Positions 18,798 through 27,342 of a stretch of 64,000 nucleotides of DNA are shown piece by piece. The position numbers were made by a program, and so were the translations under genes. Below the pieces are notes generated by a model. It made no database searches. It was not told the origin of the DNA and saw only the letters and a list, made by a program, of their open reading frames with translations. The stretch spans positions 32,001-96,000 of the forward strand of contig JBDRCO010000101.1 of NCBI GenBank assembly GCA_043821645.1, written 5' to 3'. Position 1 is the stretch's first letter. Each line of letters begins with the position of its first letter. Source of the DNA: Pseudomonadota bacterium. GTDB taxonomy: Bacteria; Myxococcota; JACRCW01; JAFGSX01.

Positions 18798-18995
18798 TGG
18801 ATCACCTCCTTTCCGGCGAGTGGCGCTGGGCGCCCGCCTCGTGGTCCGCACCCGAAGGTCGCCGCCGTCGCAACGCCCGGGTGTGCGCCGAAACCATCTT
18901 CGACTCGGGGCCGTGTCACCCCTGCCAACCAATGTACCCGTCGTCGGGCGGGCCTGCCATGTAGGTGTATCTTTTTTTGCCTGACAAGCACGCAG

Positions 18996-19856
18996 TCAGG
19001 TGCCTCGGCTGACCCTGGAAATGATCAGGCGCTTGACCGAGTCGCGCACGCGACCTGTCTTGGCCAGCTTGCGCAATTCGGTCTCGGGCAGCCGGCCCAG
19101 GAGCTTCTCCACCAGGTCCATGGGGACCTTTGGGTTGCAGATCAGATTGCGGACCACGCTGCTGTGGCGCAACCACTCGGTCCGGCTGCCGATGCGCTTG
19201 AGCAGCTCGGGCTCGAGGGTCGTCATCGCGGCCATGGCGGCCACCTCGTCGGAGGTGAGGCCGGGGTTGGCCAGAACGTACTGCTGTAGGTTGCGGTCTT
19301 GCAGCTTGAGCACGTGGCGCCGCGCAGCCAGCTGTCCGCGCTTGGCCACCATGATGCGGTCAGACACCGATAGACCGGGCCATTCGATCAGCAGTTTCTC
19401 GATGGGCCAGCCTGCCGGGCCCACCACCCCTGCCGGGCTGGGGTCTCGGTTGCTCGAGTCTGCCTGTGCCGGGTCGGTGCCGCTCCCATTGGCTGGCGAT
19501 GCCGCAGGTGGCTCCTCGCCCGACTCCGACTCCGGGTCCGGGAACTGCTGTGCCTCCATCCACGCGAGCACCGGTTCGAGGCCCCCGGTCCCGGGCTCGA
19601 CACCCTCTAGCAGCTCATCCACCAGGGCGGGTTCCAGCAAGCGAACCACCAGACCGCCGTCGGGCATGAGCTGCAGGACCTCGACCGCGAGCGCGCCAGT
19701 CGCATCGGGCAAGGTCACCTGGAGTTCCAGGCGTTCGAACTGCTTGACCTCGGGCGGGCCCTCGGCGGCTGGCAACAGCCACACCCCGCCCTGGCCCCGG
19801 CTGTCGACGAAGCGGCGCAGGTCCTCGAGGCTGTCACAGCGAAGCTGCAAGATCAT
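18996..19856 (-). CDS. Hypothetical protein: degenerate PilZ-like N-domain plus C-terminal helical-repeat (NPKxP) domain
   Basis: C-terminus VLANPGLTSDEV...EWLRHSSVVRNLICNPKVP...ELRKLAK. Acidic/Pro linker. Confidence 0.75.
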   Translation of the reverse strand: MILQLRCDSLEDLRRFVDSRGQGGVWLLPAAEGPPEVKQFERLELQVTLPDATGALAVEVLQLMPDGGLVVRLLEPALVDELLEGVEPGTGGLEPVLAWMEAQQFPDPESESGEEPPAASPANGSGTDPAQADSSNRDPSPAGVVGPAGWPIEKLLIEWPGLSVSDRIMVAKRGQLAARRHVLKLQDRNLQQYVLANPGLTSDEVAAMAAMTTLEPELLKRIGSRTEWLRHSSVVRNLICNPKVPMDLVEKLLGRLPETELRKLAKTGRVRDSVKRLIISRVSRGT

Positions 19857-20060
19857 GCTCACCCCTCGAGTGTAGCAGGGTGGCCGATCCATAGCCCGGG
19901 TTCAGGCAAACGGCAGGCCCAACCACAGCGGTCGCACGGCGACGTACCCCGCCACCACGACGAGCCACAGTGCTGCAAGGGCCCAGCTTTGCCTGCAGCG
20001 CCCAGGTCCTAGACCAGCACGATCCATCCGAGCAAGGCTGGGTCCACGAATGGACACGGT

Positions 20061-21161
20061 TCAGCGCTCGACCGGGAGCCGTGAGCCGTCCGGTGCGCAT
20101 CCCATGCGCCGCAGGATCTGCTCGCCGGTCACGGCGACATCGACATCAAACCGCCCGTCCTCGTGCGGCTGCACGCGCGCCTGCTCCAGCAGTGAGGCGA
20201 GCTCGCTGTCGCCGTCGCGCGCGGCCTGCAGGCGCCAGGCTGCCAGGGCGCCACCCACGGTCCGGGCCAGGTCCCGTGCCTGTGAGGCATCTGTGGCCTG
20301 CAGATCCAGGCTCATGGCCACGTCGTCGTCGATACCCATGCGCACGGTGGCAGCGCTGAGCATGCCGCGCAGACGCTGGGCGACAGGGTCGGCTTCATCT
20401 TCGAGAAGCGCCTGCAGGAAGGCCGGGCCGAGCTCGCCATAGAGTTCTCCCGCGGCGTGCTCGAGCGAGGGCGACGGATCGCGCGGCATCGAGCCATCTA
20501 GCCGTTGCAGCGCCTGTTGCAGGGCAGGCAGCTCGCTGGCTGACAGCAGAAGGTTCTGGTCCACGATGGCAACGTATTCCTGCTCCGCCGCGGCGTCTCC
20601 ACTTTTGCCTTCGACCGGCAGCGTGTACAGCATGGTGCGCGCATCGAGCCGTTGCCCCTCGCCAAAGACCTCGGGGATGCGCAGGCTCTGGAAGTACCCG
20701 CTGACCGCGAACACATCTCGCGACAGCGCCACGCGGTCGATGTCGCGGTCCAGGTCCAGCCCGAAGTCCTCGCTGACCATGGCCAGACCGTTGCTGAGAT
20801 CGCTGCCTCCGCAGCGCATCATCCTGTCAAACAGCGCACTCTGGCTGATGGCGTTGAGCTCGATGAAGACGGCGCCGCCCGTGCCCGGGGCAAGCACGCT
20901 GCGTTCGAGGGCGTCGGCGGGCAGGGTCGAGCTGCTCCCCACCATCGGGCCACCGTCGCTGCGCGCTGCACGCGCCTCCTCTGGCTTGGCTCGCTGTCTC
21001 GGTGGTCGTTGCCGCGGGTACACGATCTCGCGCGCGGGAGGCTCCCCTTTCTTGACGGCGACGTTGCCAGTGCCCGGGCCCGAATCACAGCGCGCGATCC
21101 ACAGGGCGACACCGAGCAGGGCCACGGCCACGAGCAGGACAGGCCAGCGCGAGTGTCGCAT
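20061..21161 (-). CDS. Exported hypothetical protein co-transcribed with the ABC transporter
   Basis: N-terminal signal/anchor. Starts 1 nt after the permease stop. Confidence 0.75.
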   Translation of the reverse strand: MRHSRWPVLLVAVALLGVALWIARCDSGPGTGNVAVKKGEPPAREIVYPRQRPPRQRAKPEEARAARSDGGPMVGSSSTLPADALERSVLAPGTGGAVFIELNAISQSALFDRMMRCGGSDLSNGLAMVSEDFGLDLDRDIDRVALSRDVFAVSGYFQSLRIPEVFGEGQRLDARTMLYTLPVEGKSGDAAAEQEYVAIVDQNLLLSASELPALQQALQRLDGSMPRDPSPSLEHAAGELYGELGPAFLQALLEDEADPVAQRLRGMLSAATVRMGIDDDVAMSLDLQATDASQARDLARTVGGALAAWRLQAARDGDSELASLLEQARVQPHEDGRFDVDVAVTGEQILRRMGCAPDGSRLPVER

Positions 21162-21162
21162 C

Positions 21163-21996
21163 TCAGTAGTCCTTTCCGCTGACCACGAAGACCGCCCCGG
21201 CGACCAGGGCTGCAGCCAGCACCAGGGCGCTCGCCACCGCCGGCGTCACCGCACTGTTCCACAGCTCGCCGCGACCGGCCGCCTCGGCACCCGCGGTGAC
21301 CATCCAGTGCAAGCGTGGCAAGGGCGTGATGATCACATCGACGGCGCTGCGTGCGAGACCAGGCTTGAACAGCGCCACGAAAGCAGCGCGGTCAGAAGCC
21401 ACGACACCCGCGATGAGCAGCAGCAGGCCGCAGCCCGCGGCGAGAGCTGGTGAGCGCACCAGCGAGGTCGCGAGCAACATGGCCGCGTACACCGGCAGAA
21501 AGCCCAGGATGGCCATGAGGGCACCTGCTGCGGGCGCCGCGGTGACGAAGCCGGTCTTGGCGAACAGCACGGCCGCCACGCCGCCCACGGCCACCAGCGT
21601 ACACAGCAAGCTGATCACGAGCACACCCGTGAACAGACCCAGCACCAGCTCGACGCGCCGCACCGGCAGCGACAGCAGCAGTTCGACCCGGCCCGGGGCG
21701 AGCATGCTGGCCGCGGTTCCCGAGGTGGCGACGATGCCAAACAGCAAGCCCAGGTAGAACATCGGATAGGCGAAGGCGGCGAAGATATCGCGCATGGCCA
21801 CGTCGAGGGGTACGATGGGATTGTGGAGCTGCAGGCCAAACAGCCGACCCGCTGCGAGGGTTCCCTCGACAACCTCCAGGTCCAGGGCCAGGGCCAGGGC
21901 GAGTACGCCCAGGGCGATGAAGCCCACCGCCGCCAGCATGAAGCGACGCGCAAAGGCCTCTCGCACCACGTCGCGCGCCAGGTTGGCGATGATCAT
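21163..21996 (-). CDS. ABC-2 type transporter permease
   Basis: About six TM helices and a G.VELLLSLPVRR motif. Overlaps the ATPase stop (ATGA). Confidence 0.85.
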   Translation of the reverse strand: MIIANLARDVVREAFARRFMLAAVGFIALGVLALALALDLEVVEGTLAAGRLFGLQLHNPIVPLDVAMRDIFAAFAYPMFYLGLLFGIVATSGTAASMLAPGRVELLLSLPVRRVELVLGLFTGVLVISLLCTLVAVGGVAAVLFAKTGFVTAAPAAGALMAILGFLPVYAAMLLATSLVRSPALAAGCGLLLLIAGVVASDRAAFVALFKPGLARSAVDVIITPLPRLHWMVTAGAEAAGRGELWNSAVTPAVASALVLAAALVAGAVFVVSGKDY

Positions 21997-22925
21997 GCGT
22001 CCTCCTGGACGAACTCGGCGAGCACCTGCTCGAGGTCGCGGACGCGCGGTGTCACCTCGACGACCTGCAAACCCAAACCGATGGCACGGGCCAGGGCCGC
22101 AGACAGCATCGCGGGATCATTGCCATCCAGAAGGAAGAGGGTGCCGTTCGCCTGCGCCGGATCGGCCCGGAAACCTGCCTGGCTCGCTCGCACCACCAGA
22201 TCGCTGGTCGCCGAGAAACGAACCGCCACGCAGTGCTCGTCGCGGAGTAGGTGCATGGGCCCGGACCTCACCACGCGACCTCGATGTGCAATGGCGACGT
22301 GGTCGCACAGCTTCTCGGTCTCGCTGAGCAGGTGGCTGTTGAGAAAGAGCGTGGCACCGCGGGCCAGGGCTTCGCGGAGCACCTCGCGGATGCGCGCCCG
22401 ACCCAGGGGATCGACGCCGTCGGTGGGCTCGTCGAGGAGCAGCAGTTCGGGTTGTCCCAGCAAGGCGATGGCCAGGCCCGTGCGCTGTACCATGCCCTTG
22501 CTGAAGGTCCCCACCCGGCGCTTCCAGGCGCTGCGCTCGAGCCCGACCTGGTCGAGCAGGTGAGGCACCTCGCGCTCGAGCTGTCCTGCACTCAAGCCCT
22601 TGAGGCGGCCCGCACTGCGCAGCACGTCGACGGCGCGCAGCATGGGCGCGAGCTGGAGGCGCTCGGGCAGGTAGCCGATACGGCGGCGGATGGCAGGATC
22701 GGCAGGATCACCGTCGAGGACCTGGACCCTGCCTGCGCTCGGGTGCACCAGCGAGAGCAGGATCTTGAGCAGGGTGGTCTTGCCGGCGCCATTGGGACCG
22801 ATGAACCCGAAGGAACTGCCACGAGGGACGGTGAGATCAAGGCCTTCGAGAGCTCGAACCGCTCCGTAGCGCTTGGCCAGGCCCACGACCGCGATGGCGT
22901 TGGTGGAGAGGTGCGAGCTGGTCAC
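21993..22925 (-). CDS. ABC transporter ATP-binding protein
   Basis: GPNGAGKTT, FSKGMVQR, LLLLDEPT and NSH motifs. True start is probably GTG 22925, not the 25190 start in the ORF track. Confidence 0.93.
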   Translation of the reverse strand: MTSSHLSTNAIAVVGLAKRYGAVRALEGLDLTVPRGSSFGFIGPNGAGKTTLLKILLSLVHPSAGRVQVLDGDPADPAIRRRIGYLPERLQLAPMLRAVDVLRSAGRLKGLSAGQLEREVPHLLDQVGLERSAWKRRVGTFSKGMVQRTGLAIALLGQPELLLLDEPTDGVDPLGRARIREVLREALARGATLFLNSHLLSETEKLCDHVAIAHRGRVVRSGPMHLLRDEHCVAVRFSATSDLVVRASQAGFRADPAQANGTLFLLDGNDPAMLSAALARAIGLGLQVVEVTPRVRDLEQVLAEFVQEDA

Positions 22926-23160
22926 GTCTTTCTCTCTGGTCGCAGGCCCGGTGACGCGCCCTGTGCCCTCGGGCAGCGGCCAGGCCCAATCTATCAGGAA
23001 CCTCGCGTCGCGCATGCCCGGGGCGTGGAGCCAGGTCCCGTGCCGGACAGAGCGGCTTTTCAGTGGCGTGCGAGTGGATAGGTCTGGCATGAGCAGAGCG
23101 AGATCACGAAACGTGCCATCGCTCGGAATCGCCCGGTTAGGTGACCGTGCGTGCAGGACG

Positions 23161-23176
23161 TGGCGTCCCGCTTGCA
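23161..23176 (+). promoter_or_regulatory. Candidate sigma-54 (-24/-12) promoter
   Basis: TGGCGTCCCGCTTGCA = TGGC-N7-TTGCA with GG-N10-GC spacing, about 135 nt upstream of the next CDS. Confidence 0.45.
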
Positions 23177-23309
23177 CCTTGGTGCTGCCGGAAGTGCGCG
23201 ATTTGCGCAGGGTGCAGCTCGCACTTAACCTGCCGCGCGGAGCTGGATAGGATGCCAGAGGTATCCTGGGCGACCCAAGCACATGCGCGGGTCGAGCAGG
23301 TCCAGGAGG

Positions 23310-25016
23310 ATGGCACAAGAAGAGATGAGCCCCGCGGATGACACGCTCCTCGACGACGAACCTGAGCGTCTGAGCACCTACGATGCTGTCAAGCTGCAGC
23401 ACGTGCTGAGCTCGACAGTGGCCAAGGCCAAGACCGGCGACCGCCAGGCTGTGGCCACGCTGGCGCGCATGCTGGCAGACCGGGAGGCTCGCGCCGGCTT
23501 CGACGAGGAGACCCGGAGCAAGATCGTCCGCAAGGCCTTCGACGGCCTGCGTACCGTCGACAAGCTGCTGGGCAAGAGCGAGATCCTGTCGCTGATCCTG
23601 GTCCTCGCCGAGAAGACCATCGCCGCCGACGTCGAGTCGCTGCTGACCTCGGCGGCCCGTGGCGGTGCGCAGCACGTTCTCCAGGCTCTGCGAGAGACTG
23701 CTCGCTCCGACGACCCGGCCCGGGAGGGCGCACTGCAAGTCCTGGCCCAGGTCCGATCCCAGCTCAACGACGGCGACTATGCCCTGATCGCCTGGGTGGG
23801 GCTGCGCACCGTGCTCGACACGCCTGCCACGCGCCTGATCCGGGAGACCGCGCTCGAGGGAAAGCCCGCGACTCTGGCGGCGCTCGAGAAGACCCTGCTC
23901 GCACCCAAGGAGGGGGGCGATGCCCTGCTTCCCTTCGCCAAGATGCGCGCGGCACGCTTGCTGTGCCAGAAGACCGAGCAGCTGAGGTCCGAGTGGCTGC
24001 CCCGCCTGGCGGAGCTCACCAGGACCGGGGACGCCAAGGACAGGGCCGCGCTCATGGAGGCTCTGGGTGCCGCGGCGACCCAGCAACCCCCCCTGGCCGG
24101 GGCTGCCCTGGCTTTTGTCGATGCCATCAAGGCCATTCCTCCCAAGGTGTCGTTCGACCGTCTGGAGGAATTGCGTGCGGTTGCGAGGTCGCACCTGGTT
24201 GCCGCCTTTGACGCCGCGGAGGAGGCGGGTGACCTCGAGGGCATGACCGTGCTGGCGCCACTCGCGATCCGCCGGGCCAAGGACGCTCGCATCGCCGTCA
24301 CCGCGGCGGAGCTGCTGTACCCCCTCGTGATGGAGGGGGATGTCGACGCCATTGCGGCCCTGGCCGAGACCGCAACGCGCCCCGTGGCCACCGCCGGCGA
24401 GGATGCCTGCAAGCTGGCCGTCAAGATGCTGGAGGCGGCTGCCAAGGCCGGACAGTCGGAGCTTGTGGTGCAGACCCTGGTCGACGAAGCCGGGCGTCGC
24501 GGTCAAAACGACGACGAGCGCGGTCTCGAGGCCCTGGGACGCACGGCCCGGCACCTGCCCGATCAGCATCAACTGCTCAAGCCCGCTCGCGCGGCCCTGC
24601 GTCGCGGCGTCAAGAATCTGCATCCCATGCGCACGCGCGGACATCTGAGCGCGCTGCGCGGCATGCTGGCTCTGGCCGACCGCCTGCGCGACCGCGACAT
24701 CGACACGCTGATGGATCACCTGGGTCCCCAGGCCGGTCAGGTGCTCGCCGCCGTGGTGCCTCGCCTGGCGCGGGAACAGCTCGAGGACATGCGCGCGACT
24801 CTGCGCCAGCGCCTCGACAAGGGTTTGATGGTCAAGGGCGCCTCCGAGGTGCTCGAGGCCATCGAGCCCGTGCTGGCCGCACCGCGTCGGGGGAGGTTGT
24901 CCGAGGCGCCCCCGGTCCTGCCTCGCAAGAGCAAGCGCAGCCCCCTCAAGCCGAGCGGCAAGAGCCTGTCGCAGATCCTGGAGGATACTGCCGAGGATGA
25001 CGATTCGACGGCGTGA
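23310..25016 (+). CDS. All-alpha (HEAT/ARM-like) hypothetical protein
   Basis: Long ORF with strong GC3 bias and Ala/Leu-rich amphipathic helices. No catalytic motif recognised. Confidence 0.75.
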   Translation: MAQEEMSPADDTLLDDEPERLSTYDAVKLQHVLSSTVAKAKTGDRQAVATLARMLADREARAGFDEETRSKIVRKAFDGLRTVDKLLGKSEILSLILVLAEKTIAADVESLLTSAARGGAQHVLQALRETARSDDPAREGALQVLAQVRSQLNDGDYALIAWVGLRTVLDTPATRLIRETALEGKPATLAALEKTLLAPKEGGDALLPFAKMRAARLLCQKTEQLRSEWLPRLAELTRTGDAKDRAALMEALGAAATQQPPLAGAALAFVDAIKAIPPKVSFDRLEELRAVARSHLVAAFDAAEEAGDLEGMTVLAPLAIRRAKDARIAVTAAELLYPLVMEGDVDAIAALAETATRPVATAGEDACKLAVKMLEAAAKAGQSELVVQTLVDEAGRRGQNDDERGLEALGRTARHLPDQHQLLKPARAALRRGVKNLHPMRTRGHLSALRGMLALADRLRDRDIDTLMDHLGPQAGQVLAAVVPRLAREQLEDMRATLRQRLDKGLMVKGASEVLEAIEPVLAAPRRGRLSEAPPVLPRKSKRSPLKPSGKSLSQILEDTAEDDDSTA

Positions 25017-25214
25017 GCCGGGCGCGTCCTTGACCGGGAAAGATTCCGGGTTCGAATCCACCGCAGCAGGATTCCGCAAAAATGGGTGAGTGGACCTGGG
25101 GACCGACAGGATCGAGCGGTGGTGACGACGGGCCGGGAGAGTGAAGCGCCGCGCCTGCGAGTCTTGAAGGACGCGCAGCGGCGACGGCACGCGGGGTGGA
25201 TCTCGACACAGCGC

Positions 25215-26657
25215 TCAGCTCTCGATGCTCTCCGGCGGGGTGAAGAAGGCTGGACCGCGCACATCTGGATCGATGTGCCAGGATTGCTGCAGTGCAGGCA
25301 GCACCCGCTGTATGCAGCCGCTGTGCTGGCACAGGCGGCAGCTCGGCCCGACGGGTACTGCCGCCTTTGTGTCACCAAGGTTCACCACATCCGCGTACAC
25401 CAGCTCGGGAGCGTGCTCGATGCGGCAGCCCAGGCAGAGGGCGCGCTCGGCTAAGGCGTGTTCCGGGCCCCGAGCAGGCCCGGAGATCGTGCGCGCGACG
25501 TCGAGGTAAACCTGGCCGCTCTCCGCTCTCGACAGCTGCACACAAAAGCGCCCTGGCGTCAGGAAAGCCCGGTGCAGGCTCCAGCGCGGACAGGCCGCCC
25601 CATGGCGCGTCAAGGCACGGCCCGAGGCACTGAACCACTTGCTGAGATTGCCGGCGAGGTCGCCCCGGGCGAGGTGAAAAGGGATGCCTTCCTGGCCCGG
25701 GCGCTGCAGCGTGGTCAGCCGGTCACAGACCATCTCGAAGCTGGCGTCGAAGACATTCTGCAGCAGTTCGAGATCGTGACGACGGGAACGGGCGGCATCG
25801 AGGAAGGCCTGGTAGGGCATCAGCACGGCACCGGCGAAGTAGCTGGCGAGAACCTCGCGGCCGAGGTCGCGTGAGGCCTCGGTGGTCAGCGCGGGATCCT
25901 CGACCAGGCGCTGCATCAGGGCGCCCTGGGTGATCCGTGCGATGCGGTGCGCGAGCTGAAAACAGCGGTGGCTGCGGGGAAGAGACTCCGACAGCAGAAG
26001 CTGCCGATCGTTCGCCACGAAGCGCGCCAGCGCGCCCCCATCCTCGGCGGACGGAATGACATGAACGCGAACGCCGAGCTGTTCCTCGAGATGGTGCAGC
26101 AGTCCTTCGAGCAGCGAACTAGGGTGCAGCTTCGCCTCGCGCCACAGGGCCTCGGCCGCGTCCTCCAGCTCGGCAAAGTGATGGCGATGCTGCTGGATGA
26201 AGACCGGGACCTCCTCCGTCGGCAGTCCGGCAGGCGACGTTCCAGGAGAGGACAGCGCCTCAGCGACTCTGTGCGCCAGATGATCTCCCGTCTCCCTGTG
26301 CTCGCAGTAGGAGCGGAACAATCGCACCACTGCGTGGCTCAGGTTGGGGGCCGCAGCCACCATGTCCTTGATCTCCGAGCTGGCCAGCTCCAGGTTCTCG
26401 AACAGGGGGTCGCCAAACACCTCGAGCAGACCCTGGGTGAGCTGAACATCGTGGCCTGCCGCCAGCTGCGCGATGTCGAGCTGGAAATGCCCCGCCATCT
26501 TGATGAGAAGTGGAGCCGGCAGCGCGCGCCGTTCGTGTTCGATGAGGTTGAGGTAACTCGACGAGATGCCGAGTTGCTTGGCCAGTTCCGCCTGGGTGAC
26601 GCCCTGGCGTCGACGAAGCGCGCGGATCTTGCCTCCCAGGTGGCTGTTCTCGTCCAT
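25215..26657 (-). CDS. XRE-family short-chain fatty acyl-CoA regulator (ScfR/RamB/PrpR family)
   Basis: HTH TQAELAKQLGISSSYLNLIEH, FAGAVLMPY, RLTTLQRPG..GIPF, D.AGN.SK, CPRW and C-terminal CRLC...C.QR motifs. Confidence 0.92.
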   Translation of the reverse strand: MDENSHLGGKIRALRRRQGVTQAELAKQLGISSSYLNLIEHERRALPAPLLIKMAGHFQLDIAQLAAGHDVQLTQGLLEVFGDPLFENLELASSEIKDMVAAAPNLSHAVVRLFRSYCEHRETGDHLAHRVAEALSSPGTSPAGLPTEEVPVFIQQHRHHFAELEDAAEALWREAKLHPSSLLEGLLHHLEEQLGVRVHVIPSAEDGGALARFVANDRQLLLSESLPRSHRCFQLAHRIARITQGALMQRLVEDPALTTEASRDLGREVLASYFAGAVLMPYQAFLDAARSRRHDLELLQNVFDASFEMVCDRLTTLQRPGQEGIPFHLARGDLAGNLSKWFSASGRALTRHGAACPRWSLHRAFLTPGRFCVQLSRAESGQVYLDVARTISGPARGPEHALAERALCLGCRIEHAPELVYADVVNLGDTKAAVPVGPSCRLCQHSGCIQRVLPALQQSWHIDPDVRGPAFFTPPESIES

Positions 26658-26849
26658 GTGCGGTCTCCCGGAACAGGGGTCGTCCGTGAACTCTGAACGA
26701 CCCTCATGAGCAGTGCCATCATGGTCCCGGATCGCGGACCTGGGAACCGGGAACTCGGCCGCCTGGCCACGGGTGCCGATGGGTCGTTTTTGGCTCACGC
26801 AGCAGGCGACAGTGCGCTATCGTCCGCGGGTCGAGGCGGGGGGACAGTC

Positions 26850-27323
26850 ATGCAGCTGATCATCTGGTTGCGCCAGCAACACGACGAGTTGATGGTACTC
26901 CTGCTCGAGTACTCTCGCCTGCTGAGTGAGCGCGACGTGGCGCAGAGTTCGATGGAGCTGCGCGGTCTGATCACGCGCATCGCCGGGAAGCTGAAGATCC
27001 ACTACGCCATGGAAGACCACTCCCTGTACCAGCCTTTGCTCGCGCATCCCGATGCTGCGATCCGGGCGCTGGCGCGGAGCTTTCAAGCCGAGGTGGGTCA
27101 TCTGGCCGCAGCGTTCCAGGGCTTCCTCGATCGCTGGCCAAGCAGTGTCGCCATCCGTGCGGACGTCGACGGATTTCGCGCGGACAGCGAGGAGGTGATC
27201 AGCAGCGTGGTGTATCGCATCCTGCGCGAGAACGAGGAACTCTATCCCCCGGCTTCCCTGGCCATGGCCACCGAGACCGGGTCCGTCTATCAGCGCGTGC
27301 GGGCCACGCAGGGTTCCCGCTAG
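26850..27323 (+). CDS. Hemerythrin-like domain protein
   Basis: QH...HYAMEDHSLY...RILRENEELYP pattern. Confidence 0.8.
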   Translation: MQLIIWLRQQHDELMVLLLEYSRLLSERDVAQSSMELRGLITRIAGKLKIHYAMEDHSLYQPLLAHPDAAIRALARSFQAEVGHLAAAFQGFLDRWPSSVAIRADVDGFRADSEEVISSVVYRILRENEELYPPASLAMATETGSVYQRVRATQGSR

Positions 27324-27342
27324 GCCACGCCATCTCGTCGGC

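Larger units (their letters stand above)
18579..18924 (-). ncRNA. Candidate stand-alone structured RNA / sORF transcript with extended complementarity to the 16S rRNA 3' end
   Basis: Putative -10 TACATT (18936-18931), GAAAGGAGGTGATCCAG (18813-18797), several GC hairpins and a terminator. The region has no credible long CDS. Confidence 0.55.

Noticed and set aside
18797-18813. 16S rRNA gene or fragment (CTGGATCACCTCCTTTC)
   Set aside because: Only the terminal ~17 nt match and upstream 16S landmarks such as AAGTCGTAACAAGG are absent. Treated as a minus-strand extended SD instead.
25048-25059. tRNA T-loop-like GGGTTCGAATCC
   Set aside because: No 5-bp T stem, acceptor stem or anticodon arm can be built.
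22926-25190. Apparent large N-terminal extensions or fusions (ABC ATPase 1065 aa, PilZ 830 aa, ligase 1078 aa, flippase 752 aa, GT 695 aa)
   Set aside because: The extensions are shadow or alternative frames of neighbouring real genes. Internal starts give normal-length proteins.
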